64,000 nucleotides of DNA from Escherichia coli (GCF_003334305.1 NZ_QOWS01000001.1), one strand, 5' to 3'; positions 43,226-53,514 are shown, numbered from the stretch's first letter. Notes: generated by a model not told the origin, from the letters alone. Numbers and translations are program-made.

Positions 43226-43393
43226 TGCGCGCTGACGGTGGTGCTGATTGTATTTTTTCAGCGTCTCAGCGCGTCGTGACGGCGCTTAGTCTGCCCGTTG
43301 AGGCGTTGTGTGTCTGCGGGGTGTTTTGTGCGGTGGTGAGCGTGTGAGGGCGTGATGACTGGGTGTAAAAAAGCCGCCCGCAGGCGGCGATGT

Positions 43394-44428
43394 TCAGCCG
43401 TTGTCAGTGTCCAGTGAGTAGTTTTTAAAGCGGATGACCTCCTGACCGAGCCAGCCGTTTATCTCGCGGATCCTGTCCTGTAACGGGATAAGCTCATTGC
43501 GGACAAAGACCTTTGCCACTTTCTCAATATCACCCAGCGACCCGACGTTCTCCGGCTTGCCCCCCATCAACTGAAAGGGGATGCGGTGCGCGTCCAGCAG
43601 GTCAGTGGCGCTGGCTTTTTTGATATTAAAAAAATCGTCCTTCGTCGCTACTTCACTGAGGGGGATAATTTTAATGCCGTCAGCTTTCCCCTGTGGCGCA
43701 TAGAGAAACAGATTTTTAAAGTTGTTGCGGCCTTTCGACTTAACCATGTTTTCGCGAAGCATTTCGATATCGTTGCGATCCTGCACGGCATCGGTGACGT
43801 ACATGATGTATCCGGCATGGGCGCCATTTTCGTAATACTTGCGGCGGAACAGCGTGGCCGACTCATTCAGCCAGGCAGAGTTAAGGGCGCTGAGATATTC
43901 CGGCAGGCCGTACAGCTCCTGATTAATATCCGGCTCCAGCAGGTGAAACACGGAGCCGGGCGCGAAAGGTGTCGGCTCATGGAAGGACGGCACCCACCAG
44001 TAAACATCCTCTTCCACGCCACGGCGGGTATATTTTGCCGGTGAGGTTTCCAGTCTGATGACCTTACCGGTGGTGCTGTAACGCTTTTCCAGAAACGCAT
44101 TACCGAACACCAGAAAATCCAGCACAAAGCGGCTGAAATCCTGCTGGGAAAGCCACGGATGCGGAATAAACGTTGAAGCCAGAATATTGCGTTTAACGTA
44201 AATCGGCGAGCTGTGATGCACGGCAGCACGCAGGCTTTTTGCCAGACCGGTAAAGCTGACCGGCGGCTCATACCATCTGCCGTTACTGATGCACTCGACG
44301 TAATCCAGAATGTCACGGCGGTCGAGTACCGGCACCGGCTCGCCAAAGGTGAATGCCTCCATTTTCGGGGCGCTGGCGGTCATTGTTTTTGCCGCAGGTT
44401 GCGGTGTTTTCCCTTTTTTCTTGCTCAT
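43394..44428 (-). CDS. Q: Portal protein
   Basis: 344 aa, P2 gpQ length and position. Confidence 0.9.
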   Translation of the reverse strand: MSKKKGKTPQPAAKTMTASAPKMEAFTFGEPVPVLDRRDILDYVECISNGRWYEPPVSFTGLAKSLRAAVHHSSPIYVKRNILASTFIPHPWLSQQDFSRFVLDFLVFGNAFLEKRYSTTGKVIRLETSPAKYTRRGVEEDVYWWVPSFHEPTPFAPGSVFHLLEPDINQELYGLPEYLSALNSAWLNESATLFRRKYYENGAHAGYIMYVTDAVQDRNDIEMLRENMVKSKGRNNFKNLFLYAPQGKADGIKIIPLSEVATKDDFFNIKKASATDLLDAHRIPFQLMGGKPENVGSLGDIEKVAKVFVRNELIPLQDRIREINGWLGQEVIRFKNYSLDTDNG

Positions 44429-46200
44429 CAGTAAAACTCCAGAATGGTGGATGTCAGCGGGGTGCTGATACCGGCGGTGAGTGGCTCATTTAACAGGGCG
44501 TGCATGGTCGCCCAGGCGAGGTCGGCGTGGCTGGCTTCCTCGCTGCGGCTGGCCTCATAGGTGGCGCTGCGCCCGCTGCTGGTCATGGTCTTGCGGATAG
44601 CCATAAACGAGCTGGTGATGTCGGTGGCGCTGACGTCGTATTCCAGGCAGCCACGGCGGATAACGTCTTTTGCCTTGAGCACCATTGCGGTTTTCATTTC
44701 CGGTGTGTAGCGGATATCGCGCGCGGCGGGATAGAACGAGCGCACGAGCTGGAACACGCCGACACCGAGGCCGGTGGCATCAATACCGATGTATTCGACG
44801 TTGTATTTTTCGGTGAGTTTGCGGATGGATTCCGCCTGAGTGGCAAAGTCCATGCCTTTCCACTGGTGACGCTCAAGTATTCTGAATTTGCCACCGGCCA
44901 CCACCGGCGGTGCCAGTACCACGCATCCGGCGCTGTCGCCACGGTGTGACGGGTCGTAACCAATCCATACCGGACGGGAGCCGAACGGATTCGCGGCAAA
45001 CGGCGCATAGTCTTCCCATTCTTCCAGCGTGTCGACCATGCAGCGTTGCAGCTCCTCGAACGGGAACACCGACGCCTTGTCGTCAACAAATTCACACATG
45101 AACAGGTTTTTAAAATCGTCGGCGCTGTTTTCACGTTTGAGCTGCTCAATGTCGAACAGCGTGCAGCCGCCTTTCAGGGCGTCCTCAATGGTGACAATCT
45201 GCCGCCACTGGCCGTCCGCACAGAGAAGACCTCCGGCAAGGGCGTTATGACTGACGTCGATTTCCACACGTTCGGCGGCGCTGGCGCGTCCCCGGTTGAA
45301 CAGTTCACCCGACCAGAACGGGTAGGCGTCGTGCGCCAGCGTGGACGGGGTGGAGAAATAGGTCGAGCGCAGGTGACTCTGTGAGGCCATACCTGATGCC
45401 ACCTTACGCAGTACCTGAAAATTCGGGATCCAGAAAATCTCGTCGACGTACAGGTCGCCGTTATGGCTCTGCGCGGTGTTGGAGTTGGTGCCGAGAAAAA
45501 TCAGTTTTGCGCCGTTATTGCCCAGGACAATCGGGTCACCGGTCAGGTCAACGTCAACCAGCCGGGCAAAGGCGATGATGTATTCGCGGAACACATACGC
45601 CTGCGTTTTACTGGCCGACAGAAAAATCTGGTTATGACCGGTTTTCAGGGCGCGCAGCAGCGCCTCGCGGGAAAAATAAAACGTCGCGCCAATCTGGCGG
45701 GATTTCAGGATATCGCGGATGCGGTGCTCAAGCCCGGCGCGATACCAGTGCAACTGATATTCGAAAGACTGCTCAAAGAAAATCTGCTCCAGCTTTTCGA
45801 TAGCCTCGTCGCTGAAAAAATTCTTTTTCGGTTTGCGCCGCCCGCCTTTGTTGCGGTTAGCGATGTTCGGATTAAGGTCTGCCTCGTTGCCGGTCTGGTT
45901 GTAGCGGTTTACCCGTGCCAGTCGTTCAATCTGGCGTCCGAGCAGGTCAATTTCCTTGAAGTCACCGCCGGTTTTCTGCGGTTTTATGATGAGCTGGGTC
46001 AGCCGCGCTTCCAGACTCATTTCGACACGGCTGATGGGGGCAACGCTGTCCCAGCCGTCGCGCTGTTTCCAGCTCTGCACCGTCGGGCGTTTCATCTGCA
46101 ACATGGCGGCAATCTGCGGCACGGAAAATCCCTGCCAGTACAGCAGCGCCGCCTGACGACGCGGGTCGTGTAAAAGAGTGGTGTCTGTGGTGATGGTCAT
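44428..46200 (-). CDS. P: Terminase large subunit (ATPase)
   Basis: About 590 aa from MTITTDTT within the 600-aa ORF; divergent from O. Confidence 0.9.
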   Translation of the reverse strand: MTITTDTTLLHDPRRQAALLYWQGFSVPQIAAMLQMKRPTVQSWKQRDGWDSVAPISRVEMSLEARLTQLIIKPQKTGGDFKEIDLLGRQIERLARVNRYNQTGNEADLNPNIANRNKGGRRKPKKNFFSDEAIEKLEQIFFEQSFEYQLHWYRAGLEHRIRDILKSRQIGATFYFSREALLRALKTGHNQIFLSASKTQAYVFREYIIAFARLVDVDLTGDPIVLGNNGAKLIFLGTNSNTAQSHNGDLYVDEIFWIPNFQVLRKVASGMASQSHLRSTYFSTPSTLAHDAYPFWSGELFNRGRASAAERVEIDVSHNALAGGLLCADGQWRQIVTIEDALKGGCTLFDIEQLKRENSADDFKNLFMCEFVDDKASVFPFEELQRCMVDTLEEWEDYAPFAANPFGSRPVWIGYDPSHRGDSAGCVVLAPPVVAGGKFRILERHQWKGMDFATQAESIRKLTEKYNVEYIGIDATGLGVGVFQLVRSFYPAARDIRYTPEMKTAMVLKAKDVIRRGCLEYDVSATDITSSFMAIRKTMTSSGRSATYEASRSEEASHADLAWATMHALLNEPLTAGISTPLTSTILEFY

Positions 46201-46373
46201 GAATACCTCGCCGTGATGAATACACGGCAAGGCTACTGAGTCGCGCCCCGCGATTCGCTAAGGTGCTGTTGTGTCAGTGATAAGCCATCCGGGACTGATG
46301 GCGGAGGATGCGCATCGTCGGGAAACTGATGCCGACATGTGACTCCTCTAATCACTATTCAGGACTCCTGACA

Positions 46374-47228
46374 ATGGCAAAAAAAGTCTCAAAATTCTTT
46401 CGTATCGGCGTTGAGGGTGACACCTGTGACGGGCGTGTCATCAGTGCGCAGGATATTCAGGAAATGGCCGAAACCTTTGACCCGCGAGTCTATGGTTGCC
46501 GCATTAACCTGGAACATCTGCGCGGCGTCCTGCCTGACGGTATTTTTAAGCGTTATGGCGATGTGGCCGAACTGAAGGCCGAAAAGATTGACGATGATTC
46601 GGCGCTGAAAGGCAAATGGGCGCTGTTTGCGAAAATCACCCCGACCGATGACCTTATCGCGATGAACAAGGCCGCGCAGAAGGTCTATACCTCAATGGAA
46701 ATTCAGCCGAACTTTGCCAATACCGGCAAATGTTATCTGGTGGGTCTGGCCGTCACCGATGACCCGGCAAGCCTCGGCACGGAATACCTGGAATTCTGCC
46801 GCACGGCAAAACACAACCCCCTGAACCGCTTCAAATTAAGCCCTGAAAACCTGATTTCAGTGGCAACGCCTGTTGAGCTGGAATTTGAAGACCTGCCTGA
46901 AACCGTGTTCACCGCCCTGACCGAAAAGGTGAAATCCATTTTTGGCCGCAAACAGGCCAGCGATGACGCCCGTCTGAATGATGTGCATGAAGCGGTGACC
47001 GCTGTTGCTGAACATGTGCAGGAAAAACTGAGTGCCACTGAGCAGCGCCTCGCTGAGATGGAAACCGCTTTTTCCGCACTTAAGCAGGAGGTGACTGACA
47101 GGGCGGATGAAACCAGCCAGGCATTCACCCGCCTGAAAAACAGTCTCGACCACACCGAAAGTCTGACCCAGCAGCGCCGCAGCAAGGCCACCGGAGGTGG
47201 CGGTGACGCCCTGATGACGAACTGCTGA
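46374..47228 (+). CDS. O: Capsid scaffolding protein
   Basis: 284 aa from MAKKVSKFF; coiled-coil-like C-terminus. Confidence 0.88.
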   Translation: MAKKVSKFFRIGVEGDTCDGRVISAQDIQEMAETFDPRVYGCRINLEHLRGVLPDGIFKRYGDVAELKAEKIDDDSALKGKWALFAKITPTDDLIAMNKAAQKVYTSMEIQPNFANTGKCYLVGLAVTDDPASLGTEYLEFCRTAKHNPLNRFKLSPENLISVATPVELEFEDLPETVFTALTEKVKSIFGRKQASDDARLNDVHEAVTAVAEHVQEKLSATEQRLAEMETAFSALKQEVTDRADETSQAFTRLKNSLDHTESLTQQRRSKATGGGGDALMTNC

Positions 47229-47286
47229 CCGGCGTCAGTCAGTCCGGGAAAACCTTCACGATTAACCCTTAATTTCAGGAAAAACT

Positions 47287-48360
47287 ATGCGCCAGGAAAC
47301 CCGTTTTAAATTTAATGCCTACCTGTCCCGTGTTGCCGAACTGAACGGCATCGACGCCGGTGATGTGTCGAAAAAATTCACCGTTGAACCGTCGGTCACC
47401 CAGACCCTGATGAACACCATGCAGGAGTCCTCTGACTTTCTGACCCGCATCAATATTGTGCCGGTCAGCGAAATGAAAGGGGAAAAAATTGGTATCGGTG
47501 TCACCGGCCCCATTGCCAGCACCACCGACACCGCAGGTGGCACCGAGCGTCAGCCGAAGGACTTCTCGAAGCTGGCGTCCAACAAGTACGAATGCGACCA
47601 GGTTAACTTCGATTTTTATATCCGCTACAAAACGCTGGACCTGTGGGCGCGTTATCAGGATTTCCAGCTCCGTATCCGTAACGCCATTATCAAACGCCAG
47701 TCCCTTGATTTCATCATGGCCGGTTTTAACGGCGTGAAGCGTGCCGAAACCTCTGACCGCAGCAGCAATCCGATGCTGCAGGATGTGGCGGTCGGCTGGT
47801 TGCAGAAATACCGCAATGAAGCCCCGGCGCGTGTGATGAGCAAGGTCACTGACGAGGAAGGCCGCACCACCTCTGAGGTTATCCGCGTGGGCAAGGGCGG
47901 TGATTATGCCAGCCTTGACGCACTGGTGATGGATGCGACCAACAACCTGATTGAGCCGTGGTATCAGGAAGACCCTGACCTTGTGGTGATTGTGGGACGT
48001 CAGTTACTGGCGGACAAGTATTTCCCCATCGTTAACAAGGAGCAGGACAACAGCGAAATGCTGGCCGCTGACGTCATCATCAGCCAGAAACGCATCGGTA
48101 ACCTGCCAGCGGTACGCGTCCCGTACTTCCCGGCGGATGCGATGCTCATCACGAAGCTGGAAAACCTGTCCATCTACTACATGGATGACAGCCATCGCCG
48201 CGTGATTGAGGAAAACCCGAAACTCGACCGCGTGGAGAACTACGAGTCAATGAACATTGATTACGTGGTGGAGGACTACGCCGCCGGTTGTCTGGTGGAA
48301 AAAATTAAAGTCGGTGATTTCTCCACACCGGCTAAAGCGACCGCAGAGCCGGGAGCGTAA
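47287..48360 (+). CDS. N: Major capsid protein
   Basis: 357 aa, P2 gpN length and position. Confidence 0.9.
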   Translation: MRQETRFKFNAYLSRVAELNGIDAGDVSKKFTVEPSVTQTLMNTMQESSDFLTRINIVPVSEMKGEKIGIGVTGPIASTTDTAGGTERQPKDFSKLASNKYECDQVNFDFYIRYKTLDLWARYQDFQLRIRNAIIKRQSLDFIMAGFNGVKRAETSDRSSNPMLQDVAVGWLQKYRNEAPARVMSKVTDEEGRTTSEVIRVGKGGDYASLDALVMDATNNLIEPWYQEDPDLVVIVGRQLLADKYFPIVNKEQDNSEMLAADVIISQKRIGNLPAVRVPYFPADAMLITKLENLSIYYMDDSHRRVIEENPKLDRVENYESMNIDYVVEDYAAGCLVEKIKVGDFSTPAKATAEPGA

Positions 48361-48363
48361 CCG

Positions 48364-49107
48364 ATGACGAGTCCCGCACAGCGCCACATGATGCGGGTCT
48401 CGGCAGCGATGACCGCGCAGCGGGAAGCCGCCCCGCTGCGACATGCAACTGTCTATGAGCAGATGCTGGTCAAGCTGGCCGCAGACCAGCGCACACTGAA
48501 AGCGATTTATTCAAAAGAGCTGAAGGCCGCGAAAAAACGCGAACTGCTGCCGTTCTGGTTGCCGTGGGTGAACGGCGTGCTGGAGCAGGGCAAAGGTGCA
48601 CAGGATGACATTCTGATGACAGTCATGCTGTGGCGTCTGGATACCGGCGATATTGCCGGTGCGCTGGAGATTGCCCGTTATGCCCTGAAATACGGTCTGA
48701 CCATGCCGGGTAAACACCGCCGCACCCCGCCGTACATGTTCACCGAGGAGGTGGCGCTTGCGGCCATGCGCGCTCACGCTGCCGGTGAGTCTGTGGATCC
48801 CCGCCTGCTGACGGACACCCTTGAACTGACCGCCACGGCTGACATGCCTGATGAAGTGCGCGCAAAGCTGCACAAAATCACCGGTCTGTTTCTGCGTGAC
48901 GCTGGTGATGCCGCAGGGGCGCTGGCACACCTGCAAAGTGCGACACAGCTCGACTGTCAGGCCGGCGTCAAAAAAGAGATTGAACGACTGGAGCGGGAGC
49001 TGAAACCGAAGCCGGAGCCGCAGCCCAAAGCGGCCACCCGCGCCCCGCGTAAGACCCGGAGCGTGACACCGGCAAAACGTGGACGCCCGAAAAAGAAAGC
49101 CAGTTAA
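48364..49107 (+). CDS. M: Terminase small subunit
   Basis: 247 aa; basic C-terminal tail. Confidence 0.88.
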   Translation: MTSPAQRHMMRVSAAMTAQREAAPLRHATVYEQMLVKLAADQRTLKAIYSKELKAAKKRELLPFWLPWVNGVLEQGKGAQDDILMTVMLWRLDTGDIAGALEIARYALKYGLTMPGKHRRTPPYMFTEEVALAAMRAHAAGESVDPRLLTDTLELTATADMPDEVRAKLHKITGLFLRDAGDAAGALAHLQSATQLDCQAGVKKEIERLERELKPKPEPQPKAATRAPRKTRSVTPAKRGRPKKKAS

Positions 49108-49206
49108 CAACCGAATGCGCCCCGCGCCAGGGCGGCACGCCGGTCAGTGTGGGTGAATCACCTGACACTGTTCCGGCGTCCACCGCCCGACTTTTCTGAG
49201 GTAGTC

Positions 49207-49716
49207 ATGATGACGCTGATTATTCCGCGAAAGGAGGCTCCCGTGTCCGGTGAGGGTACGGTGGTCATCCCGCAACCGGCAGGCGACGAGCCGGTGATTA
49301 AAAACACGTTCTTTTTTCCCGATATCGACCCGAAGCGCGTCCGGGAACGTATGCGCCTTGAGCAGACCGTCGCCCCCGCCCGTCTGCGTGAGGCCATCAA
49401 GTCAGGCATGGCGGAGACGAATGCGGAGCTGTACGAGTACCGCGAACAGAAAATTGCCGCCGGTTTTACGCGTCTGGCTGACGTCCCGGCAGACGATATC
49501 GACGGTGAAAGCATCAAGGTTTTTTACTACGAGCGCGCCGTGTGTGCGATGGCGACCGCGTCGCTTTATGAGCGTTATCGCGGCGTGGATGCCAGTGCGA
49601 AAGGCGACAAGAAGGCCGACAGCATTGACAGCACCATTGATGAACTGTGGCGGGATATGCGCTGGGCGGTGGCGCGTATCCAGGACAAGCCGCGCTGCAT
49701 CGTGAGTCAAATCTGA
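49207..49716 (+). CDS. L: Capsid completion protein
   Basis: About 169 aa from MTLIIPRKEAP; stop overlaps the X start codon. Confidence 0.85.
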   Translation: MMTLIIPRKEAPVSGEGTVVIPQPAGDEPVIKNTFFFPDIDPKRVRERMRLEQTVAPARLREAIKSGMAETNAELYEYREQKIAAGFTRLADVPADDIDGESIKVFYYERAVCAMATASLYERYRGVDASAKGDKKADSIDSTIDELWRDMRWAVARIQDKPRCIVSQI

Positions 49717-49919
49717 TGAAGACCTTTGCGCTACAGGGCGACACGCTCGACGCCATTTGTGTCCGGTATTACGGGCGCACTGAGGGCGTGGTTGAGACTG
49801 TGCTCGCCGCAAATCCGGGACTGGCTGAACTGGGGGCGATGCTGCCACACGGCACCGCCGTCGAACTGCCCGACGTTCAGACCGCGCCCGTGGCTGAAAC
49901 TGTCAATCTGTGGGAGTAA
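49716..49919 (+). CDS. X: Tail protein X
   Basis: 67 aa from MKTFALQGDTLDAICVRYYG. Confidence 0.85.
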   Translation: MKTFALQGDTLDAICVRYYGRTEGVVETVLAANPGLAELGAMLPHGTAVELPDVQTAPVAETVNLWE

Positions 49920-49922
49920 CGC

Positions 49923-50204
49923 ATGACAGCAGAAGAAAAAAGCGTCCTGTCGCTTTTCATGATTGGGGTGCTGATTGTTGTCGGCAAGGTGCTTGCCGGT
50001 GGTGAACCCATCACCCCGCGTCTGTTTATCGGGCGCATGTTGCTCGGTGGTTTTGTCTCGATGGTTGCCGGTGTTGTTCTGGTGCAGTTTCCTGACCTGT
50101 CACTGCCTGCGGTGTGCGGCATCGGCTCCATGCTGGGTATCGCCGGTTATCAGGTGATTGAGATTGCCATTCAGCGCCGCTTTAAGGGCAGGGGGAAACC
50201 GTAA
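49923..50204 (+). CDS. Y: Holin
   Basis: 93 aa with transmembrane segments and charged C-terminus. Confidence 0.85.
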   Translation: MTAEEKSVLSLFMIGVLIVVGKVLAGGEPITPRLFIGRMLLGGFVSMVAGVVLVQFPDLSLPAVCGIGSMLGIAGYQVIEIAIQRRFKGRGKP

Positions 50205-50701
50205 TGCCGGTAATTAACACGCATCAGAATATCGCCGCCTTTCTCGACATGCTGGCGGTATCCGAAGGGACGGCGAATCATCCGCTGACGAAAAACCGTG
50301 GCTATGACGTGATAGTCACCGGACTGGACGGGAAGCCGGAAATTTTCACCGACTACAGTGACCACCCGTTCGCGCATGGCCGACCGGCGAAGGTGTTTAA
50401 CCGTCGCGGTGAAAAATCCACGGCCTCCGGTCGCTATCAGCAGCTTTACCTGTTCTGGCCGCATTACCGCAAACAGCTTGCCCTGCCGGATTTCAGTCCG
50501 CTGTCACAGGACAGACTTGCCATTCAGTTGATCCGCGAACGCGGTGCACTGGATGACATCCGGGCGGGACGCATTGAGCGCGCCATTTCACGCTGTCGCA
50601 ATATCTGGGCGTCCCTGCCGGGTGCCGGTTACGGTCAGCGTGAGCATTCACTGGAAAAACTGGTCACCGTCTGGCGTACCGCTGGCGGCGTACCGGCTTA
50701 A
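50204..50701 (+). CDS. K: Endolysin
   Basis: 165 aa, P2 gpK length and position. Confidence 0.88.
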   Translation: MPVINTHQNIAAFLDMLAVSEGTANHPLTKNRGYDVIVTGLDGKPEIFTDYSDHPFAHGRPAKVFNRRGEKSTASGRYQQLYLFWPHYRKQLALPDFSPLSQDRLAIQLIRERGALDDIRAGRIERAISRCRNIWASLPGAGYGQREHSLEKLVTVWRTAGGVPA

Positions 50702-50715
50702 ACGGAGTAAACACC

Positions 50716-51141
50716 ATGAAGAAATTATCCCTTTCACTGATGCTGAACGTGTCGCTGGCGCTGATGCTGGCACTGTCCCTGATTTACCCGCAGAGCGGGG
50801 CCGTCAATTTTGTCGCTGCCTGGGCGATTCTGGCGACGGCTATCTGTGTGGTTGCCGGTGGTGTCGGCGTGTATGCCACTGAGTATGTACTGGAACGCTA
50901 CGGGCGGGAGCTGCCGCCGGAATCGCTGGCCGTGAAGATTGTCACGTCGCTGTTTTTGCAGCCGGTGCCGTGGTGCAGACGGGCGGCGGCTCTGGTAGTG
51001 ATGGTGGCGACGTTTATCTCGCTGGTCGCTGCCGGGTGGATTTTTACTGCGCTGATTTACCTCGTGGCGTCGGTGTTTTTCCGGCTGATACGTAAAGCCT
51101 GTCGTCAGCGTCTTGAGGGGCGGGAATTATGTCAAAGCTGA
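50716..51141 (+). CDS. lysA: Lysis regulatory membrane protein LysA
   Basis: 141 aa, hydrophobic. Confidence 0.8.
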   Translation: MKKLSLSLMLNVSLALMLALSLIYPQSGAVNFVAAWAILATAICVVAGGVGVYATEYVLERYGRELPPESLAVKIVTSLFLQPVPWCRRAAALVVMVATFISLVAAGWIFTALIYLVASVFFRLIRKACRQRLEGRELCQS

Positions 51142-51554
51142 TGATTGTGCTGGTCGTGTTGTTATCGCTGGCGGTGGCGGGGCTGTTTCTGGCGAAGCAA
51201 GAAAACGCCAGCCTGCGCGCCTCGCTGGACAGGGCGAACAACGTCGCCAGCGGGCAGCAGTCGACCATCACCATGCTGAAAAATCAGCTTCATGTTGCCA
51301 TCACCAGGGCAGACAAAAACGAGCTGGCGCAGGTTGCACTGCGTCAGGAACTGGAAAACGCCGCGAAGCGTGAAGCACAGCGCGAGAAAACCATCACGAG
51401 GTTACTCAATGAAAACGAAGATTTTCGCCGCTGGTACGGCGCTGACCTGCCTGATGCTGTGCGCCGGTTGCACCAGCGTCCGGCCTGCACCGACGCCAGT
51501 GATTGTCGCCAACGCCTGCCCGAAAGTGAGTCTTTGCCCGATGCCGGGCAGTGA
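51129..51554 (+). CDS. lysB: Rz-like spanin LysB
   Basis: 141 aa with N-terminal TM segment. Confidence 0.8.
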   Translation: MSKLMIVLVVLLSLAVAGLFLAKQENASLRASLDRANNVASGQQSTITMLKNQLHVAITRADKNELAQVALRQELENAAKREAQREKTITRLLNENEDFRRWYGADLPDAVRRLHQRPACTDASDCRQRLPESESLPDAGQ

Positions 51555-51699
51555 CCCGCAGACGAACGGCGATTTAAGTGCTGATATCCGGCAGCTTGAG
51601 AACGCGTTGGCACGCTGTGCCAGCCAGGTAAAAATGATTAAACACTGTCAGGACGAAAACGATGCTCAAACCCGACAGCCTGCGCAGGGCGCTGACTGA
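51409..51699 (+). CDS. lysC: Rz1-like lipoprotein spanin LysC, in alternate frame overlapping lysB
   Basis: 96 aa from MKTKIFAAGTALTCLMLCAGC (lipobox). Confidence 0.75.
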   Translation: MKTKIFAAGTALTCLMLCAGCTSVRPAPTPVIVANACPKVSLCPMPGSDPQTNGDLSADIRQLENALARCASQVKMIKHCQDENDAQTRQPAQGAD

Positions 51700-52129
51700 T
51701 GCCGTCACGGTGCTGAAAACTAACCCCGATATGCTGCGGATATTCGTGGATAACGGGAGTATTGCCTCCACGCTGGCGGCGTCGTTGTCATTCGAAAAGC
51801 GTTACACGCTCAATGTCATTGTGACCGACTTTACCGGTGATTTTGACCTGCTCATCGTGCCGGTACTGGCGTGGCTGCGGGAAAATCAGCCCGACATCAT
51901 GACCACCGACGAAGGCCAGAAAAAGGGCTTCACGTTTTATGCAGACATCAACAATGACAGCAGCTTTGATGTCAGCATCAGCCTGATGCTGACCGAGCGC
52001 ACGCTGGTCAGTGAGGTCGACGGCGCACTGCATGTGAAGAATATCCCGGAACCCCCGCCGCCGAAGCCGGTCACCCGCCCGATGGAGCTTTATATCAATG
52101 GCGAACTGGTGAGTAAGTGGGATGAATGA
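51662..52129 (+). CDS. R: Tail completion protein R
   Basis: 155 aa; position. Confidence 0.85.
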   Translation: MLKPDSLRRALTDAVTVLKTNPDMLRIFVDNGSIASTLAASLSFEKRYTLNVIVTDFTGDFDLLIVPVLAWLRENQPDIMTTDEGQKKGFTFYADINNDSSFDVSISLMLTERTLVSEVDGALHVKNIPEPPPPKPVTRPMELYINGELVSKWDE

Positions 52130-52574
52130 GTTTAAGCGTTTTGAAGACCGGCTGACCGGGCTGATTGAATCGCTGTCACCGTCAGGGCGTCGGCGACTGA
52201 GTGCCGAACTGGCGAAGCGCCTGCGGCAGAGTCAGCAGCGTCGGGTGATGGCACAGAAAGCCCCGGACGGCACACCCTACGCGCCACGCCAGCAGCAGAG
52301 CGCCAGAAAAAAGACCGGTCGTGTTAAGCGAAAAATGTTTGCGAAACTTATCACCAGTCGTTTTTTGCATATCCGCGCCAGCCCGGAGCAGGCATCAATG
52401 GAATTTTACGGCGGGAAGTCACCGAAAATCGCCAGTGTGCATCAGTTCGGTCTGTCGGAAGAAAACCGGAAAGACGGTAAGAAAATTGATTATCCGGCGC
52501 GTCCTCTGCTCGGCTTTACCGGTGAGGATGTGCAGATGATTGAAGAGATTATCCTGGCTCACCTTGAGCGTTAG
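52122..52574 (+). CDS. S: Tail completion protein S
   Basis: 150 aa; position. Confidence 0.85.
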   Translation: MNEFKRFEDRLTGLIESLSPSGRRRLSAELAKRLRQSQQRRVMAQKAPDGTPYAPRQQQSARKKTGRVKRKMFAKLITSRFLHIRASPEQASMEFYGGKSPKIASVHQFGLSEENRKDGKKIDYPARPLLGFTGEDVQMIEEIILAHLER

Positions 52575-52645
52575 TTTTATCCAGGCAGAGGCTGATGCGC
52601 AATTAAACATTGAGCGGCCATGCTGGTCGCTCAATGTTTAGAGGT

Positions 52646-53431
52646 TTATGAGTGATTTTTATTTGATGCTTTGTATTCTAAAACCTTCTTATTGGCGTAA
52701 AAGAATTTTGTATATGACAGGAATATAACCAGACCTGAAGTGAAATAGACGAGGGATAGTATTAATAATGCTTTTTTGTGACTGTTATTATCTTTAATCT
52801 CCTGGCTTAACCATTCGGAGTCCTCCTCGTTTAGCTGTAAGAGCTTATTGCAGGCGATCTCAGGAAGTGTGTCTTTTATAAATACGTTTTGCAGTTTCTT
52901 GCAATCGGCAAGGCTATAAGTTTTATTAAATTCAACTGCTTTATTTTTGAAGGATAAAAGAACTTTGTCACTATAAACATAGTACATCATGTTTTTATAT
53001 GGTATGCCTATGGCATCCCTTACTATAACGGATTGTTTGTTGTGTATGTAACATGCGAGGAGAATGTAAAAAATACTGGTCAGAATTACAATTATTGTTT
53101 TAATTATGTGTGGTGGTTTTGTTATGTCACCCCAGATGCGAGTAAGGAAAAAATACGATGTTTTTAGTTTTCCATCAATCAGTCCCTGCTGTATCATTCT
53201 CACATTTTCAATGCCTGATACATTGATTCCGTTAATTATTTTAAATAGTTGAATGTCGCGCCACTCGCGGTCAAGTCTTTTTAATTTTTTGTCTGAATAT
53301 CCAAAATTGAAATAATGTGCAATAAGCCTCATAAGGTTACTTTTACCAAAGCTAAAAAATGCTAATACTGCAAAGCTACAAAGGAAAAAAACGATTAGCC
53401 CCCACACATTAGTCACATTATAGCTGACCAT
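52646..53431 (-). CDS. AT-rich predicted membrane protein of unknown function, antisense to the late operons (cargo)
   Basis: 261-aa ORF between S and V; about three hydrophobic helices (IVFFLCSFAVLAFFSF, IIKTIIVILTSIFYILLACYI, ALLILSLVYFTSGLVIFLSY); Lys/Asn/Ile-rich. Confidence 0.65.
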   Translation of the reverse strand: MVSYNVTNVWGLIVFFLCSFAVLAFFSFGKSNLMRLIAHYFNFGYSDKKLKRLDREWRDIQLFKIINGINVSGIENVRMIQQGLIDGKLKTSYFFLTRIWGDITKPPHIIKTIIVILTSIFYILLACYIHNKQSVIVRDAIGIPYKNMMYYVYSDKVLLSFKNKAVEFNKTYSLADCKKLQNVFIKDTLPEIACNKLLQLNEEDSEWLSQEIKDNNSHKKALLILSLVYFTSGLVIFLSYTKFFYANKKVLEYKASNKNHS

Positions 53432-53514
53432 TACGCTCTCCTTGAATGTTGTCTGGTAGTTCTACAAATGAATCCAGATAGCATAACTTTTATATATTGT
53501 GCAATCTCACATGC

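Noticed and set aside
45463-46173. 236-aa plus-strand ORF
   Set aside because: Antisense to terminase large subunit P; GC-rich shadow frame.
46201-46373. Searched the P/O divergent region and the regions upstream of V and FI for the P2 late-promoter TGT-N12-ACA activator site
   Set aside because: No exact match found by eye (nearest is TGT-N11-ACA upstream of V), so no late promoters are reported as features.
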